In this document: positions 39,170 to 52,692 of the stretch, one piece after another
Layout: the number at the start of each line of letters is the position of its first letter
How positions within the stretch are numbered: the first letter of the stretch is position 1
Assembly (NCBI RefSeq): GCF_006345805.1
Contig: NC_043002.1
Span: forward strand, 119,226,001 to 119,290,000
DNA from: Octopus sinensis
Lineage: Eukaryota
Length of the DNA: 64,000 bases
Reading direction: 5' to 3'
The notes under the pieces: model-generated
The model's input: the letters and a program-made list of their open reading frames with translations, nothing else
Told to the model about the DNA's origin: nothing
Databases searched by the model: none
Translations under genes and position numbers: made by a program

Positions 39170-39850
39170 TTTTCTGATTCTTGGATTATGATTAATATAT
39201 AGATAGTATGTTTATCTTTCCAGTATTCCATAAGTAAATGCCCTGAGCAGTCTTTATAGAAACCACCTAACAAGTAAATAATTAAGTACATGAATGAATA
39301 TTAAACTGATTCTATGCAATCTTTCCTTTTTAATGTTGATAATTGATATAAGCACACACACATCCTACCTATTTTGGTTATGATATCATTTTTGATAACC
39401 TTAAATTTTATTTTTAAACAATATAACAATATTGTTTATAAATAATCACCCATAGTACCCCATGATAAAATTTCCTCTGTATTAAAATCATAGGTTTTAT
39501 TAGCGTCTTGCCCCTTTAACTGGTAATTAACACCATGATTTAGGGTCTTCCCTACCCAGCCTCATTTTATAGACAGTTACTCTATATCCAATTTACTACT
39601 CCTAATGTCTTGACAATATTTATGACCATACCTTACCATGAACTGTCAACTCACTCTTGCCCTTCATTCCAAACAGACACAGTCTTCTCGTCTTAGATTT
39701 AGTAGTTGATAAAAAGACAAATAAATTAGAAATGAACCACAATCCTTTACAAGCTATGATCCCAGTGGGCTTCATGCCTTTCTTGGAAGAGTAGTCTATT
39801 CTCAGCTACAATAGCGACAACATGAATTTCTTCTTGGTCTGTTAAAATAT
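39170..39850 (+). mobile_element. Heavily degraded Penelope-like RT remnant
   Basis: Frame-broken NHRFY..LGSSLPSL and (F)LDLVVDKK resemble PLE NGxFYxQ..MGSxLSP and FLDLxI. Confidence 0.4.
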
Positions 39851-39898
39851 TCGAGAAAAATTATATTAATGTGTCCAACTGATTAAAATTCTATTTAT

Positions 39899-39990
39899 TT
39901 GTGCAGCTGATGATAGCTCTGGATTTAAATTAATGTAATGATTGCCTTATTCAATTAAATGGAGCCGCTTGAAACTGTCGTACTGCATAA
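39899..39990 (+). ncRNA. Type I hammerhead ribozyme
   Basis: TTGTGCAG-CTGATGA-TAGCTCTGGATTTAAATT..AATTAAATGGAGCCGCTT-GAAA-CTGTCG-TA-CTGCATAA. Intact core, 8-bp stem I (one G.U), GUA triplet, bulged stem II, U.U at 10.1/11.1. Confidence 0.75.
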
Positions 39991-40021
39991 CGTCTTGATA
40001 TCCTGTTGCTTATTTTGATTA

Positions 40022-40110
<89 letters not shown>

Positions 40111-40216
40111 CTGTCTGTCTTTTATGTATGTACGTATGTATGTATGTATGTATGTATGTATATATGTATGTATATATCTATTTATCTATCTAGCTAGCTG
40201 TATGTATGTGTGTATG

Positions 40217-40250
<34 letters not shown>

Positions 40251-40692
40251 TCTATTTATCTATCTATCTAGCTGTCTGTCGGTCTGTCTCCTCCTCCTCC
40301 TTCTTTTTCTTCAGCCTTTCCGTCTCCTCTCTTTCCATCTATACTACCTCCTCATATTCTAATCATACTTTTACTTATTTTTTTTTATTAGCTCTTTGTT
40401 TCCCACCGATATAAGGAAATAACAAAGTCAAACGGACGCACAGTGTAAAAGTGCACCTTTGATGCATGTCTGAGGAAGTTCCACTGTAATGTCTAAAATC
40501 ACAAATATTGCGTAATTTTCACAATGAACTTTGGCGTGAACTGGCGTTGAAAGCACCAGAGGTAGTACAGAAACAATTGTAACTGATCATTAAAGATGCG
40601 TTAAAGTCTTTCTTTGCTTCTTATTCGGATAATATATACATATATACAAACATACATACATACATACATACAAACACACACACATATACATA

Positions 40693-40799
<107 letters not shown>

Positions 40800-40800
40800 G

Positions 40801-41085
40801 TGGAGGCGCAATGGTCCAGTGGTTAGGGCAGCGGACACGCGGTCGTAGGATCGCGGTTTCGTTTCCCAGACCGGGCGTTGTGAGTGTTTATTGAGCGAAA
40901 ACACCTAAAAGCTCCACGAGGCTCCGGCAGGGTATGGTGATCCCTGCTGTACACTTTCACCACACTTTCTCTCTTTCTTCTGTTGGCCTGCTCGCTTAGC
41001 CAGCGAGGTGGCGTCATTTGAAGGCTAAAACAATGCGAACGCATTGTGACCAGCGATGTGTAACATCTGATGGTCTGGTCTTATT
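40801..41085 (+). mobile_element. SINE with family C head and a different 3' module
   Basis: Family C sequence up to ACTTTCTCTCT, then CCTGCTCGCTTAGCCAGCG..CAATGCGAACGCATTG instead of the C tail. Confidence 0.75.
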
Positions 41086-41141
41086 AAAAAAAATTATATA
41101 TATATATATATACACATGTATATACACACACTTATACATGC

Positions 41142-41174
<33 letters not shown>

Positions 41175-42832
41175 CCTAAATGACGGATTGGTCATTGTTG
41201 GAATGCTTTTGATCATAGGTCTAATCGATCAGCAACAACAGCAACAACAACAAAATTTTATCGGTTTTTCTACTTTTTGAAGACTATGAAATATACTACA
41301 TGGATTAGATTGTTTCAATTACACTGAAGAGATCCTCTGTGTGTTTTGAAAATTCCTTAATTCTATTTAGTTAAACGCTGCGACGATGTATTTGAAAATG
41401 TGAGTAGTTAAGTGTCACGTAGGTCATAGTTTTATGAAGAACAATACGTGATGAATCGCCAAACTAGTCATTTGGATTAATCACTGAAAATAGATTTCTC
41501 AGAGACTTCAGTATTCAGCAGACTGTGAAATAGAGACAGGAACGAAATCATTGCAGTCACGGAAGCATTTTAAAGCCAACATACAGTATTTATCTACAAC
41601 AAAGAGTGAATAATATATATATATATTTCTGCTGATATTTCGAAGGAAATTTGGCAACGGCTGAACTTACATATAATTCGAGCAAAGTTTGAATAATTTC
41701 AGGTTTGTATGAATTGTTCTATGAAGTAGATTGTTTTTCTTAGTGATTGAACGAGACGATTGTTGTAGCGACGGCTTATTACTTTGTAAAGAAAATATTT
41801 TATCAAATAACTAAATCACACTCAGCACTATTATACAAACAATTGGTCAACCACCAACCGTGTTCCGTCTACTGATAATACAGCGACCTCTGACCTCTGA
41901 GACTTGTTAAATCTATGTCAAATCAGTTAGATTTACTGAAGTTGTTTATCTTGTATTTTCTCAACACATTAGCTCTCCCTCAATTTTCTCAGAATATTTC
42001 CTTCTGAATTTGCTTCTCAGCTTTGTAATGAAATAAGTCAATGGCACTATTCTTTTGCTACCGACATACATAAGATTAACTTAGAAACGATCTTACAAAT
42101 ATTTACAGCTAGGTTGTTCTTCCCGTTTTGTCTCAGACCAACCCTTAGCGGCAGTGCTATAATGAAAGATGTTCCAGCTATGACAACCCTGTCTTTTGCT
42201 TTTAGATATAGTGTATATATATAGGATAATATGAACAAAAGAATTCGATCGATTTTAAAGCAGTAGGGTATGATTGGAGAGGTGGAAACCTGGCTGTTAT
42301 TCCTAGCTAGTCGAGTGACCGCATGGAAATCTCACTTGGGTCAGGTAGATAAGAGTTAAATATTAAGGCCACTGATACAATGTTTGTCTTCATGCTTTGG
42401 GTTTAAACTTCATTGACTTCTCTTTTGATCTTCCCGAGGTCAAAACAAGTACCAGTTATGTAATAGGAAAGGTGAGTGTATATGAACACTCTTACATCTT
42501 CTTCGTAATGATTTAAGGTGTTGCAAGAATTTATGATACCATTTCGTGGAAATAGCACTTGTTACGTACTTTCCTCGGGCTTCAAATAATTACGTCTCGG
42601 CCTCAAGGCTGAAGTATGAAAAGAACATTGCGAGTGTGAGATGCTCATAATTTCAACCGATCAATTATAAAACTGAGCACGAATTGATAAGTGACATACT
42701 TTCATATCCGACAGAGTGCCTTGGCTATTATCACTGCTCATATTTCTGTAATTCACCTGGTGACATTAACAGAAGTTCATATCACTCCTTTGTGAAGTAA
42801 CACTTATTTATCAAATCGAAGATATTGAAGGC

Positions 42833-42952
<120 letters not shown>

Positions 42953-43164
42953 GGACTGACGTGATGTCGCATCGGCTCCGCAGGTAACCCCCTTTTCAAC
43001 CTTCTATTGCACACATTTCGTCTTAATTTTTACACACAAGGTATGTAAAGCACCCAGCTTTCGTTTGAGTGTATTTTCAAGGGAGGAATTGACCATTAGG
43101 GTCAGTTTTAAACTTGTCTACAATTCCATTTTCTTCGGTTTCTTTGTCATATATCTAAACCAAT

Positions 43165-44270
43165 ATGGCTTTGCGAAACCACGAGGCCGACTTCCCGCCT
43201 CTACCAACGCCAGAAGCGAAGGAAGCTGAGAACAAAGCCGTTCCGCGTGAACGCACACAGCCCTTAGAAAGCACTCTGCTACTACTGTTTCTGCTACTGG
43301 CTCTACCACTGCTATCACTACCACCGCCATCACCACCACAACCAACACGAATACCGGAAACAATTTTGCCACAGCTTTAAAGCTAAAGAAATCTTACGTA
43401 TCTTTTTCGAAGGACGAACTACTTGCATGTAAAGCAATGCTGAAAAAAGACAACCTCAGCATACAACTACAGACACCTCAAGACATACAATTATCGAAAA
43501 AACATACAATTATCTACAAAACATTCAACCTCAAAACAAGGCTATATGAAAAGGCCACACAAGAAAATGTCGAAAAATGTTTAAAGCTCATATGGGCTTT
43601 TAAAAACTATATCACAAGGGGCAACAAATTTGCCACCATCGAAGTACGATTCGATAGTGAAGAAAGAGCTAAGGGCCTCTCCACAAAGTCCCTCCAATTC
43701 GAAAATTTATTAATGATCCCTACATACCTTGGCCGTAGGGTTACAAAAATTAAAATAAAAAAATGTGCCTCCTGAATTGGAAATATTAATGCTCGTGTCC
43801 GCCATATGCTACGACATCGAAGACGAAATCAATATTTTGGAAATCGGTATCGTAGACTATCACTACTGGATCGGCCGAGAAATCCACATCCTCGCTCAGA
43901 TAAATCCAATGATTCAGGAAAAAATTCCACATAGAATTCAATCGAGGAACGGTTCGAGTTTACAAGTGGCCGTCGATGGCAGGAAGCACCTTTGCTACGT
44001 TTGTGGTAGCAACGCACACTTACAAAATAAGTGCCCACTAGCACAGAAACAACAACAGAGACAGCAGCAACAACAACAACAACAGCAAAAACAACAACAA
44101 CCACAAGAAAACCAAAAGCCATACAAAAAACCAGCACAACAACCCACACCGCCATATGCACAACTAATCAAAAAACTATATGAACAAATGAAAGATCATC
44201 AACCAACAAGTCAGCCCAACCAAACAACACCACCACCAGCGTCACCAAGAACAGAAACAACACCACCACA
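43165..44270 (+). pseudogene. LINE ORF1 (Tx1/L1-like; RRM-like region plus CCHC zinc knuckle), two frameshifts, no ORF2
   Basis: ATG at 43165 (MALRNHEADFPPLP); frame restored by shifts near 43270 and in the A7 run at 43757-43763 (KIKIKNVPP). Contains FATIEVRF and CYVCGSNAHLQNKC (C-X2-C-X4-H-X4-C), then a Q/P/T-rich tail running into (CA)n(TA)n. Confidence 0.7.
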
Positions 44271-44271
44271 T

Positions 44272-44308
<37 letters not shown>

Positions 44309-44310
44309 CA

Positions 44311-44341
<31 letters not shown>

Positions 44342-44455
44342 CCAATCAATGTACGCCACTGGCTCAGAAATAATATGAGACGTCATGATAATATAGCAAG
44401 CGTTAGAAGCTGTGCAAAGACACTCGGCCAGAAATAGAAACAAAATTGAAAGAAA

Positions 44456-44486
<31 letters not shown>

Positions 44487-44489
44487 ACA

Positions 44490-44541
<52 letters not shown>

Positions 44542-44579
44542 ATGTTGATGATGATAATGATGATGATGATAATAATAAT

Positions 44580-44787
44580 AATGGTTTCAATTTTGGCACA
44601 AGGCCAGCAATTTCAGGGAAGGGGTAAGTCGATTACATCGACCCCAGTGCTCAACTGGTACTTATTTTGTAGACCTTGAAAGGATGAAATGTAAAGTCGA
44701 CCTCGGCAAAACTTGAACGTAAAGACGGATGAAATACCGCCAAGCATCTTTCCCGGGGTGTTAACGATTCTGCCAGCTCACCACCTA
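44580..44787 (-). mobile_element. SINE family B
   Basis: Matches consensus; a second partial copy lies at 44880-44980. Confidence 0.8.
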
Positions 44788-44816
44788 TGACAATAATAAT
44801 AATAATAATAATAATG

Positions 44817-44875
<59 letters not shown>

Positions 44876-46194
44876 CCTTTTTAATTTAGGCAGAAGGCCA
44901 GCAATTTTGAGGGAAAGAAGTTTGTCGATACTATCGATTCTAGGACATGTCTGGAACTTTATATTATCGATCTGAAAAGGATTATGGAAAAATAATAACA
45001 AAGATATTGTTTTTAGAGAAAAGAAAACAGGAGAGAAAGAATTTGATAATAAATCTGCTCGATCAGGGCTGAAAAGAATTAAGCAGCAACAACAAAACGA
45101 GGAAGACATTTGTCACTCAACTCCAAAATATTTTTTACTGGAAATTTAGTGAAGCTTAGTAAAGAATGAACTGTCGTCAGTACCTTGATCCAGTATAACA
45201 CAAGTACTACAACATATGTTATTTGGATAAAATATATAAAGCAAAGTGGCTAAGTGTCATAAAGTCTTGCATTTAATGTTAAGGTATTCAAATAACCATA
45301 TTTATGTACAGAAATGCGGAACTATTTCTAAATTATTATAGAATATAAAGAGTTATAACTCTTTATTGATAATTTGAAATTGAATATCAGTAAAAATTAA
45401 AATCTGCACTTAAATATAAGTGGATATAACATTAGTAGTGTCAATGACGATGTTCTCTTAATCTTTAACATTTCCAAATGACTGGAGAATATCTAATACT
45501 ACATGCTTAACATTTTCTATAACATGGTGTAGAATCAATCAAGCATGGAGTCCTTTGTCTCGGTAGGAAATCCTATACTTTAAGCTAGTGAGTTGATCGG
45601 TAATCATCTACTAAGATTGTAATCCGACTACCACTTTATATAATATTTTAGGTTGTGATTTTCAAGCAAAGTAGGCTAAATCAAATAGAGGTAAATTTGT
45701 TGTTCAACATTACAATGCAATACCAGTGATTGGCCGTTAGCCATTAGTCAAAAAACCAACATCTCATTGATTCAGCTCTTCCGAGAATTCACTGACAACT
45801 CTAGTTGAAGAGAGAGTTGAATTGAATCATAAGTATTCTTCGGAATACCACTGTTACAGAGAACAAAAAACATATTCTACATTGGCGTAACCTATTTCGT
45901 TTAGAGTTAGTGGTCGACAATGTACATTGTAAAGTGTTCACGCAAAGGCAACGGCTTGTCTAAATAGTGACATGTACACAAACACTCGTACAAGTAAAAT
46001 CCTAAATTCAATTACAAATACACGGAAAAGTATAAAATTTAAGAATCATTTTTCTTCCTCCCGGTACCCCCCACTCTTACAAACACATACGTAAGCTCTC
46101 AATGATACACACTCATATGAGTATTATCTTGCTAAGAAATAAATAAAATGTAATGACAGATGTTTTTTCTATTATTATATATTAGAAAAAGGCT

Positions 46195-46770
46195 GTGACT
46201 GGCAGAATTGTTAGCACGCCGGGCGAAATGTTTTGTAGCATTTTTTCCGGCTTTACTTTCTGAGTTCAAATTCCACTGAAATCTGTTTTTCCTCTCATTC
46301 TTTCAGGGTCGATAAAATAAGTGCCAGTTAGGTTTCGGAGTCGATGTAACCGACGTATTCCCTCTACCAAAATTCCAAGCCTTGTGCTTACAGTTGAAAG
46401 AAAGGTAGTTTATTATGATGAAGATGAATATATATGGACAACATAAACACACACGAAAAATAGTCTTAGATTTGAAATCTGGGGGTTAAAGCAGAAGATC
46501 CAAGGCTTAACAAAATGAAACTACGACAGAAAACAAGTGAGTCCTCAGTATTACACAAAGGGGTAATGCGGCGAGCTGGCAGAATCGTTACTGCGCCGAG
46601 GAAAATGCTTAGCAGCATTTCGTTCGTCTTTACGTTCTGAGTTCAAATTCCATCGAGTTCGACTTTGTCTTTCATCCTTTCAGAGTCGATAAAATAAGTA
46701 CCAGCTGAGCAATCGGGTCCATGTAATCGACTTAATTCCTTACTGGCCTTGACCAAAATTTGAAACCAAT
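46195..46770 (+). mobile_element. Two separate SINE B copies (46195-46400 and 46568-46770)
   Basis: Both have GGCAGAAT(T/C)GTTA..GAGTTCAAATTCC..GTCGATAAAATAAGT. Confidence 0.8.
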
Positions 46771-47369
46771 ATTACACAAAGGTGGTAACAGATTCATGTT
46801 TATCTCAACTTACATTAAAACAGAGGCCCTATTTTTAACTCTTTCATGTAAGAATGAAATATAAGAAAACAGGTTTGTTTCTGTCATATTAAGTTCAAAG
46901 TTTCTACTATTATGTTAATCGATTTCCTTTACAGAAAAGAGATATAGATTGAGTGACTTCTAATATGGGCTGTACTAGTTTACATCGGTTACATTGCACT
47001 GGAGCTTATATTTAACTTTGTATTTATCAGTTGTAACTTTTGTACTTTGCTAAAAAACAAAAACAAAACAAGCTAACAATAAAAATAAGTAAACAAAGAA
47101 CAAAAAAGAAAACTAACAAAACAACAAAAATCCCCAGATCTGAAAGAAGAATTGCAAGAAAAAGATATTGTAAAGTGAATAATATGAACACGAATTATAT
47201 ATGAGTTGAAAAAAGAAATGTCTCCCTCTGTCGATATGTTGTATATAAACACACATACATATACACACGCACGAACACACACACACAACACGCACAAAAA
47301 TATATATTAATATATTTATATTTATATAAGTATATATGTAAAAATAAGCAGAGAAATACATATAAATGT

Positions 47370-47419
<50 letters not shown>

Positions 47420-47626
47420 CGTACGTGCATACGTACATACATACATACATACACACACACACACCCACATATATATATAGATGTATATATATACACATAC
47501 ATATGTATATACATACACATATATATTATATGTATATATTTACATATATATATTTGTGTGTGTTTGTACATAGATGAAGGTATATGAATATATCTGTATA
47601 TATATATATATATATATATTATAATA

Positions 47627-47677
<51 letters not shown>

Positions 47678-47735
47678 TATATATGTATATACATGCATAT
47701 ATATATTATATAAAATATATATATATATATATATG

Positions 47736-47766
<31 letters not shown>

Positions 47767-48574
47767 CATGCATATATATGTGTGTGTTTGTATATGTGTG
47801 TGTGTTTATAAACACATGCAGAAACATATAAGGTAAGGAATACTAGAGAGCAAAGTACGTGATGGAAGTAAATATCGTAAAAAGGGAATGGAGAAAAAGG
47901 GAGATGAGTTAAACTAAACCATAAAAATATTTTATATAAAAAGATTGTAGCGTAAAAACACGAAAAATTTTATAAAAATTGATATGAAAAGTATCACAAA
48001 CTGAAAAACGTAGGAAATATGAAAAATCAATATATAGACGATAAAAGTTTTTTCAAAGAAAAATTAATATAAGTAAAAATGTGAAAGCTATAAATCAATT
48101 CTGATATGACAAATTCAATGTAAGTTAAAAGAAATATGTAAATAAACATAAGGATTAGGTCATTGTAAAATATATTTCTTTTTGCATTCAAAGATTTTTG
48201 CCTGAATAACTGTAAATAGCATTTCACTTTTAGTCAAACATTTTTCTTGGATTTTAATGAAAACTCATGGTGTACCATACTGGTGTATTCACTTCACAAA
48301 AGTTTCTTTCGTTAATGTTGTTTAGCTCCAAGCCAATCCTGATCGGTTAGGTGTATGATTAAAGGCTTACCAGCCTTGCTCATCCTAGTATTTAGGTCTC
48401 CATTATACAATGTATTCTTTTCAATTTTAAAACATTAGATATGTTTTTTGAAGGGGAGTTCATAGTTTCAAATTTGACATAGTGGTATCAAGCCAACAAT
48501 GGACTTCAAGTGATTTGAGTCCATGAATCCTTTGATGCAGATTTAAGGTAATTGTTTTACCGTGAGTATGTTAA

Positions 48575-48967
48575 TCTTTATATATAAAAGTGAGGTTGTG
48601 TGCTGTCTGTCTCCTACGATTTAGATTCCTAACTACTCCCACATTTTGCGGTGCAGTTTAACCAAAACCGGGTATCTTATAGTTGTGATTCATATCGAAC
48701 CCTTCTGAGTATTAGCGCGCGTCTACGATGAGTCTACGATCTAAAAAAAATTACCATAAATTTTTCCCATTTTTAATGCATTTTTGGCATATATGAGGGA
48801 AGTAACTCTCTAAAAATTTATTATTAAATCTCAGAACGTAAAAAGCTTCAGTAACACCCCCCTTTGTGGTTAGCCATATTGAGATGGCTATTATACTTTA
48901 CATCTCTAAAAATGCTTATATAGTTATTTCCCTTACAAACCCGAGCAATGCCGGGCGATACTGCTAG
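48575..48967 (+). mobile_element. Non-autonomous Helitron
   Basis: A|TCTTTATATATAAAAGTG ... CCCGAGCAATGCCGGGCGATACTGCTAG|T. Confidence 0.8.
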
Positions 48968-50998
48968 TATATTATAATAATATATTATAATAATATGCAG
49001 TGTTGCAGCTATAATTCTACATATTAGGCTTTAATATATCATTTAATAAGGCGGTGAGCTGGCGAGTTGGTTGAGCACTGGAGTCAATGTAATTAACTTA
49101 CCTCTGCCCCCAAAACTGTTGGCCTTGTGTCAAAATTTTAAACCAATATATTCACGGAACGCGCGCACACACACACACACACACACACCACACACACACA
49201 CACACACACAAACACACACAAACACGCACATACACACACACAGACAAATGCCTTGTGCCTATAGTAGAAAGGAATATTTAATATTTTACAATAATTTACG
49301 TTCATGAATATTTCCAGGAAACAATGAACGCCATACAAACTGCATTCTCTTCATTATATGTGTAGCCTTGTTCAGAAATAAAAACACACACTCACACATA
49401 TACACACACATATATAAACATTTGATATTGTGATAAAATTTAGTAGTATTTTATAATGCGTGTATTCCTGTCTGTCCCCTCATCGCTTTATAACTGGTGT
49501 CGCTTTGTTTACGTCCCTGTGACTTCGCAGTCCTGTAACAGACACAAGTATAAAGGAGATTAAAGGTGTTCGACTCTAGACCAGAGGAATTACAATGTTT
49601 ATAGAAGGGCAGAATCAAAATACTGACCATAATTGTGTTCAGAAACACTTGAATGTGTGTATTATGTCTTCTTTCAATGAAATTTATGATGAAGCTCGTG
49701 CGTTGTTTTTATTCGCTGTCTCACTGGAAGATATTGCTTCTGTATATTCCTCCCCACCTCGATAATGATCAGGTGTTTCCTATTAACAACTTCAATACCC
49801 GGCTCAATTCAATTGTACGGGGGATGGGGGGTTACTCCAGGTCATCTTTAAAATAGAAGTTTTGGGTGTATATCCATGTGAACTTTGGCTCACCATAAAC
49901 AAGCGCCTTTACCGTATACAGCTATTTATATACATTATGGAAGAGGCTGTTTATTTGATGATTCGCATATTTGAGAGATGTAAAGTGTCCTCAGAAGAAA
50001 TGAAATTTTATTCGCAAAGAACAATCAGGGAATGCCATGTTCGGTATTTTAACCCTTCTTATCTTTGCAACCTACCCAAATGCCCAGCTGCAATGCAATA
50101 TACTATTTCCAACAGTATGTTCATATGGCTCACCTTATATTAGTCATCAAATTTAATGAATGCTTATTAGTTTTCACTTATGGCAAAAAAAGCAAAAACA
50201 AAATAAGTTAATGTGGATTCTGAAGAACTTAAAAAATCAAAGACTTATCTTTTATTGGTTTATCGTAACACTTTAGTCTTATCACCCTTTTTACTTTTAT
50301 CTGAAAAGGTGTGGAACCATTTCTCAATTTCACTATAGACAGAGAAAAACAACAGAAGTAATTAAATTTGGTTTACTTTTACACAAACACTCTATATTTA
50401 GTAATTAAATCAATGATCTCATCAATCAATTAATTATTTTAGCCTAATAATGTCTTCAAGTAACACCTCCATAGATTAGAATACCTTTAATGTGCTGAGT
50501 TCACTCCAACACGAAAACTTCTCATTTGCTGTTCTTTATTGTATTTCGTTATCTACATTCTTCAATCACTTTTCAAGATTTATTTAGTGACTGGACTGTG
50601 GCAAGAGAGGTGAAAATATGAACGATACGCTGTTGAATTGGGCTTGTAAGCTAGTTTCAATTCTAGGCTCGACCTATTATGTTTCAAGTTCGACGCAGTC
50701 AGCTGTTTATATATAACAGAGCAGACAGAAAAGTAATTTTCATTATTGAGCCAATAATTCCACAAATATTAAGCATTTTCATTTCCAAATATCACACTTC
50801 ACGCGTGTTTATAAATACGGTTGTAGTTGTATGCAAAGCTAGAGTTATAATTATCTTGGTGAAATGAATCTTTAAACTCGGAATCTAGCAAAGTGCACGA
50901 ACATTTGCAAGACAGTTCTCTTAAAAATGCAGTCTTGTACTATTTAAGAAATTCATTCTTTCTGTCTTCCTCACCCCCACATGCATATACACATGGTA

Positions 50999-51038
<40 letters not shown>

Positions 51039-51310
51039 GTATGTGCACACATACGTATGTGCACACATACATGTACTCGAATACATCTTTGTTCGAAGTA
51101 GATGCGTTACGTGGCTACTTCGATTTGTTGCTTGTATATTTTCAACCGGACCACGTATACTGAATAGCTTTTCTTGATCTGGTTCTTGACTGAGGATAGA
51201 AAGCTTCGAATGACCCATCCTTGTTTTTTTGTATCGTCTATCTGGATGTTTTGTTGTCCCTTTTTGTATCACCTAGTTGTCCGGATGTTTTGCGTTCTTG
51301 TCTCATTTTG

Positions 51311-51365
<55 letters not shown>

Positions 51366-51656
51366 TATATATAGCGGCGTACGTACACTTTGTTCTCTTA
51401 TATATATATGGAAAAAGGTCAAGGTAGAACATGCTGGAATAATTTATGAAAAACATTTCAGTACCGGTTTCAGTCATTGAGACTTTTTCAACTGTAAGTA
51501 TGGAAAACAATTAAATTTTAGAGAAGTTAAAAGAAAAGTTTTTTAAAAGAATATTTGCATAGTATTCAAATACCAGGGGCATTTTCCTTGTTTCTGCCTG
51601 TCTCTCTCTCTCTTGTTTACTCTTGTGGGTTTGAGCTCGTTGTGAATTATTGGCAG

Positions 51657-51740
51657 AGAAGAAGAAGAAGAAGAAGAAGAAGAAGAAGAAGAAGAGAAGA
51701 AGAAGAAGAAGAAGAAGAAGAAGAAGAAGAAGAAGAAGAA
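51657..51740. repeat. (AGA)n microsatellite
   Basis: Directly visible. Confidence 0.95.
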
Positions 51741-52260
51741 TGCGGGAGTGCCATGATAGTAGTAGGATGTTAAATGGTCAAGTGCCCTGAAAGTGACTTG
51801 TTGTGGATGGTAGTAGTGATTGAATTCTTGAGACATCACTTTTGAATGTATTGTTTATAATATTAGCGTAGGTGTTATTCTAAACAGCAATAATAGTAAA
51901 GTAAGGAAGGAGGTAGCAGTGAGGAAGAAGACGAAGAAACCTAGTACTTATTCTATCGGTCTCTTTTACCTCGAACGAATTAATACAAAATCTGTTATGT
52001 TAATAATAAATGTAAAACTAAAAAGGTAATATATAGATGTAAAGTTACATCTGAGGGAAATGAATTATTTTTCAAAAAAAAAAAAAAAAAGAACATAAGA
52101 CTGGCTAATCACTTAAATTAATTTAGAGATAAAATTAAAAGATTCCAAACAAGTCTAAGTAGGTTATTCTGGTCTATTAAAGACAGAAACAAAGTTTATA
52201 CTATCAACTGTGAATTAAAATGTGCTGCAGAGCCTTTCAGACCAGGAACTAATAAAGGTG

Positions 52261-52692
52261 ATCTATACTCTTTACTCTTTTACTCTTTTACTTGTTTCAG
52301 TCATTTGATTGCGGCCATGCTGGAGCACCGCCTTTAATCGAGCAGCTCGACCCCGGGACTTATTCTTTTGTATGCCCAGTACTTATTCTATCGGTCTCTT
52401 TTGCCGAACCGCTAAGTAACGAGGACATAAACACACCAGCATCGATTGTCAAGCAATGCTAGGGGGACAAACACAGACACACAAACACACACACACACAC
52501 ACATATATATGTATATATATACATATATACGATGGGCTTCTTTCAGTTTCCGTCTACCAAATCCACTCACAAAGCTTTGGTCGGCCCGAGGCTATAGTAG
52601 AAGACACTTGCCCAAGGTGCCATGCAGTGGGACTGAACCCGGAACCATGTGGTTGGTAAACAAGCTACTTACCACACAACCACTCCGGCGCC
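52261..52692 (-). mobile_element. SINE family A, full length, tail (AAAGAGT)n
   Basis: Matches family consensus. Confidence 0.85.

Noticed and set aside
42440-42480. AAG|GTGAGT donor with a 33-nt mini-exon
   Set aside because: Derived from a decayed SINE B central domain; no partner exons.
49640-50150. Several short ORFs in unique sequence
   Set aside because: No consistent splice structure or recognisable domain.
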